Shown piece after piece: positions 17,736 through 25,812 of a stretch of 64,000 nt of DNA (its first letter is position 1; every line of letters starts with the position of its first letter). The DNA is taken from NCBI GenBank assembly GCA_964612485.1, contig CAZTFF010000018.1:12598-76597 (forward strand). The letters run 5' to 3'. A program made the position numbers and the translations under genes. Below the pieces are notes generated by a model. The model searched no databases. It worked only from the letters and a program-made list of their open reading frames with translations, and was not told the origin of the DNA. Source of the stretch: an uncultured Caldilineaceae bacterium (GTDB lineage Bacteria; Chloroflexota; Anaerolineae; 4572-78; J111).

Positions 17736-18512
17736 CTATTTGGGAATAATGGTGACTTTTCGATTATCGTTGCTGCCAACGCTTTTGGTATAAACTTTTG
17801 GATGATCGCGCAGAGCCAGGTGGACCAGGCGGCGCTCGTGGGCGGGCATCGCTTCCAGCACCACGCGGCGGTTGGTGGATACGGCCCGTTCGGCCATTTT
17901 CTGGGCCATTTTTTGCAGCGAGCGGCGGCGGCGTACCCGGTATGATTCCACATCAATAATCACCGGCTCCCAGCGGTTGAAATGCTTGCTGACCATCAGC
18001 CGGATCATATATTGCAGCACCTGGAGCGTTTCGCTGCGGCGGCCAATTAAAATGCCCAGGTCTTTGCCGCTGATATCCAAGATCAGCGGCGGTGTTTCTT
18101 CAGATTCTACCAGTTCGGGGGCGTCGGTTACATTCACCTCGGCGTTAATACCCATCCGTTCTAACAGGCCGGAAAGATATTCAACGGCCACATCTGCTAC
18201 GTTTTCCTCATCCCCCGCGCTGACATCGATTTCAGCAACGTGTTGTTCCGTTTCCGGTTCAACCGCCGGCGCCGGTGTAGTTGCTTCGGCCTGGGGGGTG
18301 GCCTGTTCCCTGGGCGTCAGGCGAACCGTTGCTTCTTCTGCACCAAGGCCAAAGACACCGCGTTTGCCTTCGCTGATGATGTCAATCTCTACCTGGTCCT
18401 GGTTTAGCCCTAATTGGGCCAATCCCAATTCTATGGCGTCTTCAATTGTTTTGGCTTGTACCTGGATACTGTTATCGTTTACGTCGTTTTTTCTTTCGTT
18501 TTGATCTGGCAT
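17736..18512 (-). CDS. jag: Jag/SpoIIIJ-associated RNA-binding protein (Jag_N + KH + R3H)
   Basis: N-terminal KTIEDAIELGLAQLGL (Jag_N), GKDLGILIGRRSETLQVLQY (KH GxxG), and C-terminal ERRLVHLALRD (R3H). The annotated start overlaps the yidC 3' end by 41 nt, so the start is uncertain. Confidence 0.88.
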   Translation of the reverse strand: MPDQNERKNDVNDNSIQVQAKTIEDAIELGLAQLGLNQDQVEIDIISEGKRGVFGLGAEEATVRLTPREQATPQAEATTPAPAVEPETEQHVAEIDVSAGDEENVADVAVEYLSGLLERMGINAEVNVTDAPELVESEETPPLILDISGKDLGILIGRRSETLQVLQYMIRLMVSKHFNRWEPVIIDVESYRVRRRRSLQKMAQKMAERAVSTNRRVVLEAMPAHERRLVHLALRDHPKVYTKSVGSNDNRKVTIIPK

Positions 18513-19869
18513 CTTGTCTTTTTCTACTTCCTCCTGAAGCTGAATCTGCCGACACGCCTGATTCTACCGCAACCGGTACAGGTTCATTATTTTTTCCGTC
18601 GGTTGCTGCCGCCGGCTCGGTTTGGATCTGGGTTTTGGTGAAATATTGCTGGCCCATTGCCAAAATATTACTGGTAAACCAGTAGAGTGTCAACCCCGAG
18701 GGCACAATCAAGGCAAAATACCCGAACATCAACGGCATAAATTTCATCACGGATTGCATCGAGGCCTGTTGCGGATCGGCGGTGGCCGGCGTCATCATTT
18801 TTTGCATATAAAGCTGGGATACAACCAGCAATACCGGCAGCACCAGGTAGGCAATGGCATCGGCCCAACCTACAGACGGCGGCAGGGGCCACAGCCAGCT
18901 AATGCCGCCGCCCCAATCGGATACAGGCCCGGACAGGCTGGGAATCCAGAAAAATCCTTCGTTGAGTAGCCCTTCGCGGGAGAGTTGGATCAGAGACCGA
19001 TAGAGCGCAATCCAGATAGGCATTTGCACCAGCATCGGCAAACAGCCGCCCAACGGATTGACCCCGTGTTCTTTGTACAGGGCCATCTGTTCCTGGGCCA
19101 ATTTTTCACGGTCGTCTTTGTATTTTTCCTGTATTTTTTTGAGCTGGGGCTGTAATTCCTGCATCGCCTTAGACGATTTGATCTGCTGCATATTGAGCGG
19201 GAAGGTCAGCAATCGAATGGTCACGGTGAAGAGAATAATGGCGAAACCAAAGGAATAAGGTATGCTGGCGGTGTTCAAAAAGCGGTCAATCCAGACCAGC
19301 GAGATGGCGATGAGGTTGACAAATTGATCCCACAGATTTAGATCAGGTTCCACCGTGGTGACGGTTACCCCGGCTTGCAGGCTGGTGCCGCCAAACTCTA
19401 AAGAGGCTATGTTGCTCAACGTTTTTCCCGGCTCCGAGGTGGTGGGTGGAATAGCGCCATAGTAAAGGAAGGCTTCTTCCCCCTGCGCCAGGCTGCCCGA
19501 CCAGCGGAAGGTATTCTCCTCAAGATCATATTCAGCTGTGCCAAGGGTGGCGGATATAATTTTTTGAAGAACCAACTCTTCTGGAAGAGGGTCGATAAGG
19601 GTGGCGTTGATGGTTTCAGCGCCATCGTTTTTTACGGTGATCGTGAAAGGAACCACCTGGCCCAGGGCGATATTTTCAGTACCGGCCTCTTTTTCCAGCG
19701 TAACGCCGGCTTCCTGGGCGGTAGGGCCAAGGTTTAAGGCTCGATTATCAGGCGTGGCTGCCGTAGCCGGTTGAAATGATAGAGCCAGGATGAACAAAAT
19801 GGCAGCCGCCACAGATGTGGCGATAACCACCAGGGCTACAGTTGATAATTTTGTAAGCTTGACACGCAA
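18472..19869 (-). CDS. yidC: Membrane protein insertase YidC with an N-terminal DUF11-like beta-sandwich insertion
   Basis: TTG start at 19869. The 60 kDa insertase core includes MQELQPQLKKIQEKYKDDREKLAQEQMALYKEHGVNPLGGCLPMLVQMPIWIALY and a basic tail RKRQDARSKRKKKRRKR. Residues ~60-170 (GQVVPFTITVKNDGAETINATLIDPLPEELV...) look like a DUF11 conserved-repeat domain. Confidence 0.92.
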   Translation of the reverse strand: MRVKLTKLSTVALVVIATSVAAAILFILALSFQPATAATPDNRALNLGPTAQEAGVTLEKEAGTENIALGQVVPFTITVKNDGAETINATLIDPLPEELVLQKIISATLGTAEYDLEENTFRWSGSLAQGEEAFLYYGAIPPTTSEPGKTLSNIASLEFGGTSLQAGVTVTTVEPDLNLWDQFVNLIAISLVWIDRFLNTASIPYSFGFAIILFTVTIRLLTFPLNMQQIKSSKAMQELQPQLKKIQEKYKDDREKLAQEQMALYKEHGVNPLGGCLPMLVQMPIWIALYRSLIQLSREGLLNEGFFWIPSLSGPVSDWGGGISWLWPLPPSVGWADAIAYLVLPVLLVVSQLYMQKMMTPATADPQQASMQSVMKFMPLMFGYFALIVPSGLTLYWFTSNILAMGQQYFTKTQIQTEPAAATDGKNNEPVPVAVESGVSADSASGGSRKRQDARSKRKKKRRKR

Positions 19870-19902
19870 GATTGTTACCTCTCTAATAGTCAGACAGATG
19901 GT

Positions 19903-20112
19903 TTAGGGTACGGGATCGTAGCCGCCGGGATGGAACGGATGGCACCGGGCGATACGTTTGATGGTTAGCCAGCCGCCTTTAAAGAAACCATATTTGGCAA
20001 TGGCTTGATAACCATAATGAGAACATGTTGGATGAAAGCGGCAACTCGACGGCAAGGCGGGTGATATAAATTTTTGGTAAAAACGGATCGAACCTAAGGC
20101 AATATACTTCAC
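19903..20112 (-). CDS. yidD: Membrane protein insertion efficiency factor YidD
   Basis: The 69-aa sequence [58 protein letters not shown] is the canonical YidD sequence. Confidence 0.95.
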   Translation of the reverse strand: MKYIALGSIRFYQKFISPALPSSCRFHPTCSHYGYQAIAKYGFFKGGWLTIKRIARCHPFHPGGYDPVP

Positions 20113-20156
20113 CAGACCAACCTGGATTGAAACTTAAAAAATGATGGTCACTTATT

Positions 20157-20528
20157 TCAAACGGATGCAGCATCTGTTTTCTTTGCTTGACTGCATATAA
20201 ACAAATCAGATTTTTTCAGCAGGTACAGCAACGTTTTTTCAATATTTTGGTAAGATGCTGTGCGGATGGGCTGCCGGGCGATGATGACTACATCAAACCC
20301 CGGTTTGATCTCCGGCAAGTGTAACCGGGCGGCCTCTCGCATGCGCCGTTTGATTTTATTACGCTCAACCGCTTTGCCTAATCGTTTGCTAACCACAAAC
20401 CCAAAGCGGCTGTGATCCAGTTCATTCCGAAGAAACGCCAGCACCATTAAGGGGCTGGCGTGAAATTTTCCATATTGCCGCACCTGCTGAAAATCTTTGT
20501 TGCGGCGTAATCGATATTTGCGCCTCAT
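20157..20528 (-). CDS. rnpA: Ribonuclease P protein component
   Basis: RLRRNKDFQQVRQYGK..., the RNR-like motif KAVERNKIKRRMREA, and the conserved position downstream of rpmH. Confidence 0.9.
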   Translation of the reverse strand: MRRKYRLRRNKDFQQVRQYGKFHASPLMVLAFLRNELDHSRFGFVVSKRLGKAVERNKIKRRMREAARLHLPEIKPGFDVVIIARQPIRTASYQNIEKTLLYLLKKSDLFICSQAKKTDAASV

Positions 20529-20579
20529 TCACTCGTCAACAACTTTGGCCCGCTACCCTTTCGTTACTCAGTCCGCGTT

Positions 20580-20744
20580 CCAGTTGGTGCGTTTCGGATG
20601 GCGGCGCTGGGTGGCTAATGATTGACGGCCCCGCGCGCGGCGCGATTTGAGTACTTTTTTGCCTCCACGCGTAGCCATTCGGGCGCGAAAACCATGAACG
20701 CGTGATCGGCGTCGTCGTTTGGGTTGATAGGTCCTTTTCGGCAT
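20580..20744 (-). CDS. rpmH: 50S ribosomal protein L34
   Basis: Not in the ORF track because it is under 60 aa. My codon-by-codon translation gives [54 protein letters not shown] (54 aa), with stop TGA at 20580-20582. Confidence 0.92.
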
Positions 20745-20786
20745 GTTTCTTAAAAAACCTCGCTTCTAATATTTAATGGACAAGAG

Positions 20787-20816
20787 ATTATACCTTACAA
20801 CCCTGGTGATTGGCAA
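20787..20816 (-). promoter_or_regulatory. Sigma-70-type promoter for rpmH-rnpA-yidD-yidC-jag
   Basis: On the minus strand: TTGCCA (20816-20811), an 18-nt spacer, then TATAAT (20792-20787), about 40 nt upstream of the rpmH ATG. Confidence 0.55.
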
Positions 20817-20878
20817 AAAAGCCCCGGATAGATGCCGTTTCTGAGAGGGATGTTTATTATATTTTTGTTACAAAAAAC

Positions 20879-20987
20879 GTATCTTCTCAATATTTTGGGG
20901 GAACGAGGTCTGAGCCTGTCGAAGACCGTTGGTTTCGACAAGCTCAACCAGCTCAACCAACTCAGCCCCAGATTATTGAGGAGGTAC
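20879..20987 (+). mobile_element. MITE-like element, copy 1 (109 nt) with imperfect ~23-nt TIRs and a perfect 8-bp TSD
   Basis: CAAAAAAC at 20871-20878 is repeated at 20988-20995. The ends gtatcttctcaatattttggggg and gtacctcctcaataatctggggc (reverse complement) match at 18 of 23 positions. A near-identical copy sits inverted at 31938-32037. Confidence 0.75.
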
Positions 20988-20988
20988 C

Positions 20989-21018
20989 AAAAAACCCCCA
21001 ATTTTTGGGGTTTTTTTT
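20989..21018. terminator. Bidirectional intrinsic terminator (A6-stem-T8)
   Basis: aaaaaac then ccccaa ttt ttgggg then tttttttt. The stem pairs 20996-21001 with 21005-21010, flanked by an A tract and a T tract. Confidence 0.6.
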
Positions 21019-21044
21019 ATGGAAAAGTTTGCTATACTAAGAAG

Positions 21045-21140
21045 CATAAGAGTGATTTAGTTTTTAGTGTTTTAGTTTTATTTTTCCTCCTCCTCCTTTC
21101 ATTGCCCCCGGGTGCTGCCCCCACCCGGGGGACTTTTTTG
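21045..21140 (+). ncRNA. Candidate small RNA (~95 nt): orphan extended -10 promoter plus U-rich body with CCUCCUCCUCC plus strong intrinsic terminator
   Basis: TGCTATACT lies at 21030-21038. There is no plausible ORF. The tract cctcctcctcc is at 21086-21097. A perfect 10-bp stem pairs cccccgggtg (21105-21114) with cacccggggg (21122-21131), followed by acttttttgttt. The 5' end is inferred, not observed. Confidence 0.4.
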
Positions 21141-21141
21141 T

Positions 21142-24100
21142 TTAAAAGCCGGTTTCCGGCAGCAGCGTCGGCCAGTTGGCCGGTACAGGAGTCTCCGGCA
21201 CAATCAGATCATTTTGATACCGAGGCAGCATGCGGTATTCATCCCGCGATGTTATGCCATCCTCTGAATATTGGCTGACAATGCCTACCACGGTCACGGT
21301 CGTGCCGCGTTCGATGAAGGGTTTGCGAATGCCGGTCCGCTGCCGGATGTACACTTTGGCCGGGTCGGTGCCGTCATCCACCCACATCGTTGCCCGGCCT
21401 TTGAAATCGACCGCCTGCCCCTGGATCATCACCAGCATGCCTTCGTATGGTTCCAGGATGGAGGTTGTCGCCACCGGCAGCGGCGGCGGGGGCGAGCCGG
21501 ATTCTACACATTTCACATCGCTCCGTTCGTTTACTTTTATCTCCAACTCTTCGTGGTAATTTTTAAGATAACCTTCCACTTCCACGGTATCGCCCAGATT
21601 GCAGATTTTATGATCTTTGGGCAAGTAGATCAAAATTCCCGAAGTTTCATCTTGAATGTACATTGTCCGGCTGCCCAGCAAGCCCGGCGGCGCGGTAACC
21701 TGCCCTTCGACCCGCACCCACGCGTCCAGCGTCAACTGTTTCGCCTCAAAAATACTGACTTTGAGCGGGCCGGACGCTTCTTTTTTCCAATTTTTCCTGT
21801 TGGGGGAAGGGCCGCAATCTTCACTCCAGGAAGTTTGTCCATCCGGCAGCCGGCACCAGGTTTCATCATAACCGGGCGAGTGGGTGTAAGTAAAGGTGTC
21901 TACCACGGTTCCGTTGGGATGGATCAACGATACCGTATCGCCATCATTGTTCAGAGAGAAGCCGGTTTGGGCCTGGTAAAAGGTGATGAATCCGCGGGCG
22001 GGAATGATGGTATCGAGCGGAATGGTGTAGCTCAAGTTGGAATTGTCCGTTAAACGCCAGCCGCCGAGACCTACCGGTTGATCCAAAAGGTTGTACAGTT
22101 CCACCCATTCGTCGGTGTGATCCGGCATTCCGTTGCCGTCCCAATCCCAATCGTAGGGGGCGGGCAGAATCTCGTTGATGGTGATGGGATCAGGCGAAGC
22201 TTCACCCGTAATCCAAATGGGGGCGCTATAGGCGGTGTCGCCATCGGCCTGGATGGCTTTAACCCAGAAAAAGTGGCCGGGCCGGGCGGTCACGGTGGTT
22301 GACCATTGCCCCGGGTTTGTGTCAAAGGGTACGGTCGCCAGCGGTAAATTGCCGTCGTAGAGCCATACCGTCACCGCTTCGGAGTCGGCGTCCGTCACAT
22401 CGATTGTCAGCGTTATGCGGCCGGTGGTGGTTATCACGCTGCCCATCCAATGGTTGTTCAGGCGCAGGGCCAGGGCCAGGTTGCTGTCTTCTGTGGCAAA
22501 AACACGCCGGGCGCGCATGGCGTCCAGAAGATCGGGTTGGGTCAGCGCCGGAGCCACAATGCCGGTTCGTGTGGCCGAGTCGCTTCCCCAGTGAGCCGTA
22601 TGGATGTCGCTGTTGTTGGTGGGGGCTACAGCCCATCCCATCATATTGCTCTGAATAAAGGCCGATTCGTAGGTGAGGTAGTCCCTGGCGTTGTTCCCGA
22701 TTTCTTGTAGCGTGATGATAGGAAATGCTTGGCTGTTGAAGGGAAAACTCTCAAAATCCCCATCATAATTGATACCGGGGTGGTTAAGTTGGGCGATGGT
22801 GTCGGGCTGCGTGGCCAGCCAGTCGTACATCTTGGTAAGGGTATCGAATTGGGGATCTTCCCGGCTCAAGAGGGCAGCGTTGTTGAAGATATTGATGTGG
22901 CCCTCGGTGCGGTGCGTCCATTCCACCCCCCGCAGCGCGACAAATTGGCCGGCTTCGGTGGCCTGGTTGGTTTGGGTCAGGGTTTGATTCCATTCGTGTA
23001 GTGATAAACTATGCCCATGGTCGGTAATGGCAAAAAAGTGATGCCCGGCGGCGCGGGCCAGTGCCAGGGCGTAATAGGGCGGCCCGGCCCCGTCGGAGTA
23101 AGAGGTGTGGGCGTGAAGATCACCCCAGTAGGCGTGCATGCCGTCCGGCAAATCGGCGGGGGGTGGGGCAGTGACCGGGGCAGGGGATGGAGGAATGGTG
23201 GGAACGCCGGGGTTGGGCCCAGCCCGAACGAAATCATAGGGCATAGAATTTGTATCAACGGGCCAGATGCGTTGCAGGCTGTGAGGTTCCGGTGCGGAGG
23301 CATCCGGCTCCAGATTGAGAATCTCATAATCGCCGTTGCGGTAGGCCACGCTGTCTAAAATTTCGTCGTTGGGGCCTAAAACGATCAACTCGTCGCCGTT
23401 GTTGGAGAGCGCCCAATTGCCGCTGCTCCAGGTTGTATATTTGTTTAGGGTGGGAATGGCGGGATCGCTCTCGATGATTTCATAATCTGGCCACTCGTCA
23501 AATCGAGCAAAAAAGTCGCTGCCGCTCTTGGCAATCACCAGGCAGTCATCGGGGGCCAGGATGATGCCGCCGGGCAGGCTGTACATCCCTTCACCGCCGC
23601 CGTTTGTTTCCTCATCACCTATTTTGTAGCCGGCGAGATCAAGCGGGGCGGAATTTGGGTTGCAAATTTCGATATATTCGTCGCCTTCGGTAGACGAGGC
23701 CGTTCCATCGTAGACAAATTCACTGATGAGAAGCGGATCGGGTGATGGCGGCGGCGCGATGGTAGTAAAGGTGAAACTGTGGTTTGCGTTGAGAGGGTCG
23801 GGACTGCCATCCTGGTCCACAACGCCGGTGGCCGGGATTACGACCGTACACGTGGTTTGATAAGGCAGGTTCGCCGCCGGGGTGAGGGCAAACGCGGTGG
23901 CTGTGATTGTAGGGGTCATATTGAAGGGAACCGGCGCGCCGGCGGGGCATTCAATAGCAAGGGCGGCGGCGCTGACGCTGACCATTTCGCTGAATTGCAG
24001 CGTAATGGAGGTATTAACAGGCACATCAATGGCCGTATCGACCGGGTTGGTAGCGGTTACGGTGGGCGGATTGTCGGGCGGGAGGCAGGAGCCGAACGGC

Positions 24101-25665
24101 GTGCCATCAACGTGAGTGCCGGGCGAGAAAAGCAGGCCGCCCGAACCGGCGGCGGTACTGTGCCGGACAAACGTCGAGCCGGTGAGGTCCGGGTCGCGGG
24201 TGAGCGATTGGTTATCGCCTCCCTCGCTGCCGTAAGTGTGCGCGGCCCGGTTGGTTGTTCCATCATTTAGGGTCAGCGCATCACCGCCGTTATTCAACCC
24301 CAGAGTTCCGGCTGTTTGCACGATGGCATCGCCAAACGTGCCGGTGGGCGTACCGCCGCCAAAAACCACTATCGCGCATTGGTCCGGCATGATGGTGTTT
24401 GGCGGAAACGTATGGCGAGGGCCGGTGTTGTCGGCAAGCGTCCAGCCGGAAATATCAACCGGGCTGCCGGTGTTGTTGATGAGTTCCACAAATTCATCAT
24501 CGCCGGTATCAACCATGCCGTCACCGTTGGCATCGCCCGCAGTGCTGTCGGGGTCGGCGTGAATTTCATTGATGATCCAGCCGCTGGTGGTGGTGAAATC
24601 AAACGTGTAGTCGGCGGCCATAGGATTGCCGGTGGCGTCAGTAATCTGAGCGCCCCATATTGAAACTGTACAGCTTTCATTGTTGGCAAAGCGGGTATCG
24701 GGATTTAAGGTGTATTGCTGCGGCCCACCGCTGACCGTGGCCGAATGGGAGCCGCTGTTGGCGCAGGTAATATCAAACCATGGTTCGATGACATTGACCG
24801 CCTCATTGAACATGATTTGGATATTCGTTTCCGCGGCCACATCGGTATCGTCGGAATTTGGCGTTGTGCCGGTGACAGACGGGGGTGCATCGCCGATTTG
24901 GATATTGTCAAGCCCGTATTCATCCCGGCTGCCGCCCCCGCTGATATCGTCGCCCGTCCATTTGAGATAGAAAAAATCACCGTTGTTGATGTTCAGGCCG
25001 GTGAGAGCGGTGGCGCGGTGTGCGGTTTGCCAGGGCAGGCCATCGGCGGCTTCCGGCGTGGTGAAATCGAGCGAGGGCATGGTGGTGTACGTCACATTAT
25101 CCGGGGAAAAAGAGAAGTTTAAGGCGTTGGCTCGATCTTCGTTGTTGAGGTAGCGGATGTCATATTCAACCGCCAACTCGGTCAATAGGGAGCCGCTGTT
25201 GTTTTGCAGTTGCAGCGTGATCTCGCCGGGGGCAAAGTCTGCGCCGGTGGGCTGCACGCCCAAAATGATGTCTCCGCCGCCGGCATCGAAGGCGTATACG
25301 CCGCCGGTAGTGGCGTTGCCGCTTGATGTTCCTCTGGCAAAATCGTCCGCTTCCCGCGCATCGCCAAAATTCATAGCGCCGTCAGACAGGCCATTGACAA
25401 TCCAGATATCAGAGTCCAACTGCCCCGGATTGGGCGCAGGGTTAAATCCACTCCCCGTAAAGCTATCAAAATTTTCTGTAAAGGGGATGGGACCGCTGGC
25501 CAATATTTTTGGCGGCGATACAAAACAAAAAACAATAAGTAAAATAAAAATAGTTGGTAATTTTGGCCCACGAAAAAAACCGCTATTCCACGCAAGACTG
25601 CCTGAAACAGCGGTTTTTAAGGTGGACCGTTTGCGGCAAACGATCACGGTGTTATCCTCCCTCAA
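21142..25665 (-). CDS. Secreted 1507-aa multidomain protein: 3 lamin-tail domains, SbsA/Big_5 Ig-like domains, PHP-family metallophosphoesterase domain, C-terminal OB-like domain
   Basis: Signal/anchor LPTIFILLIVFCFVSPPKILA. The three LTDs read INEIHADPDS...DEFVELINNTGSPVDISGWTLADN, LISEFVYDG...DEYIEICNPNSAPLDLAGYKIGDE and INEILPAPYD...DEWVELYNLLDQPVGLGGWRLTDN. The PHP domain reads YWGDLHAHTSYSDG...FAITDHGH. Ig-like segments show the P..TP....DV.....I.I.F.E.V pattern. Confidence 0.85.
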   Translation of the reverse strand: MREDNTVIVCRKRSTLKTAVSGSLAWNSGFFRGPKLPTIFILLIVFCFVSPPKILASGPIPFTENFDSFTGSGFNPAPNPGQLDSDIWIVNGLSDGAMNFGDAREADDFARGTSSGNATTGGVYAFDAGGGDIILGVQPTGADFAPGEITLQLQNNSGSLLTELAVEYDIRYLNNEDRANALNFSFSPDNVTYTTMPSLDFTTPEAADGLPWQTAHRATALTGLNINNGDFFYLKWTGDDISGGGSRDEYGLDNIQIGDAPPSVTGTTPNSDDTDVAAETNIQIMFNEAVNVIEPWFDITCANSGSHSATVSGGPQQYTLNPDTRFANNESCTVSIWGAQITDATGNPMAADYTFDFTTTSGWIINEIHADPDSTAGDANGDGMVDTGDDEFVELINNTGSPVDISGWTLADNTGPRHTFPPNTIMPDQCAIVVFGGGTPTGTFGDAIVQTAGTLGLNNGGDALTLNDGTTNRAAHTYGSEGGDNQSLTRDPDLTGSTFVRHSTAAGSGGLLFSPGTHVDGTPFGSCLPPDNPPTVTATNPVDTAIDVPVNTSITLQFSEMVSVSAAALAIECPAGAPVPFNMTPTITATAFALTPAANLPYQTTCTVVIPATGVVDQDGSPDPLNANHSFTFTTIAPPPSPDPLLISEFVYDGTASSTEGDEYIEICNPNSAPLDLAGYKIGDEETNGGGEGMYSLPGGIILAPDDCLVIAKSGSDFFARFDEWPDYEIIESDPAIPTLNKYTTWSSGNWALSNNGDELIVLGPNDEILDSVAYRNGDYEILNLEPDASAPEPHSLQRIWPVDTNSMPYDFVRAGPNPGVPTIPPSPAPVTAPPPADLPDGMHAYWGDLHAHTSYSDGAGPPYYALALARAAGHHFFAITDHGHSLSLHEWNQTLTQTNQATEAGQFVALRGVEWTHRTEGHINIFNNAALLSREDPQFDTLTKMYDWLATQPDTIAQLNHPGINYDGDFESFPFNSQAFPIITLQEIGNNARDYLTYESAFIQSNMMGWAVAPTNNSDIHTAHWGSDSATRTGIVAPALTQPDLLDAMRARRVFATEDSNLALALRLNNHWMGSVITTTGRITLTIDVTDADSEAVTVWLYDGNLPLATVPFDTNPGQWSTTVTARPGHFFWVKAIQADGDTAYSAPIWITGEASPDPITINEILPAPYDWDWDGNGMPDHTDEWVELYNLLDQPVGLGGWRLTDNSNLSYTIPLDTIIPARGFITFYQAQTGFSLNNDGDTVSLIHPNGTVVDTFTYTHSPGYDETWCRLPDGQTSWSEDCGPSPNRKNWKKEASGPLKVSIFEAKQLTLDAWVRVEGQVTAPPGLLGSRTMYIQDETSGILIYLPKDHKICNLGDTVEVEGYLKNYHEELEIKVNERSDVKCVESGSPPPPLPVATTSILEPYEGMLVMIQGQAVDFKGRATMWVDDGTDPAKVYIRQRTGIRKPFIERGTTVTVVGIVSQYSEDGITSRDEYRMLPRYQNDLIVPETPVPANWPTLLPETGF

Positions 25666-25730
25666 CCTATTCCGCGCTATTGTAAAAGAAGAGGGCTGAC
25701 ATCTCTCAGTAAAACTTTATGTAAAGACAA

Positions 25731-25762
25731 AGCAGGGCCAACAAGCAACTGTTGGCCCTGCT
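25731..25762 (-). terminator. Hairpin terminator between the PD40 gene and the giant LTD gene
   Basis: Perfect 12-bp stem: agcagggccaac (25731-25742) pairs with gttggccctgct (25751-25762), with an 8-nt loop. T-rich on both sides (tttgtcttt on the minus strand, ttttgc on the plus strand). Confidence 0.6.
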
Positions 25763-25812
25763 TTTGCAGATAAGAGTTCTATAAGGCAGGGTTAAGACAC
25801 GGTGTTACCACT

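Noticed and set aside
20745-21141. Possible oriC, given the rpmH-rnpA-yidD-yidC-jag-parA-parB origin-proximal gene set and an AT-rich stretch at 21050-21085.
   Set aside because: No dnaA or dnaN gene is in the window. Reading both strands, I found no cluster of TTATCCACA-like boxes; the best matches are 6 of 9. The AT-rich stretch is better explained by the promoter/terminator-bounded candidate sRNA and by the MITE insertion.
20810-21278. Plus-strand ORFs of 76 and 148 aa spanning the rpmH upstream region.
   Set aside because: They run straight through the MITE, two terminators and the 3' end of the giant minus-strand gene. Their translations include the repeat-derived LSLSKTVGFDKLNQLNQ string, which is typical of spurious ORFs across intergenic repeats.
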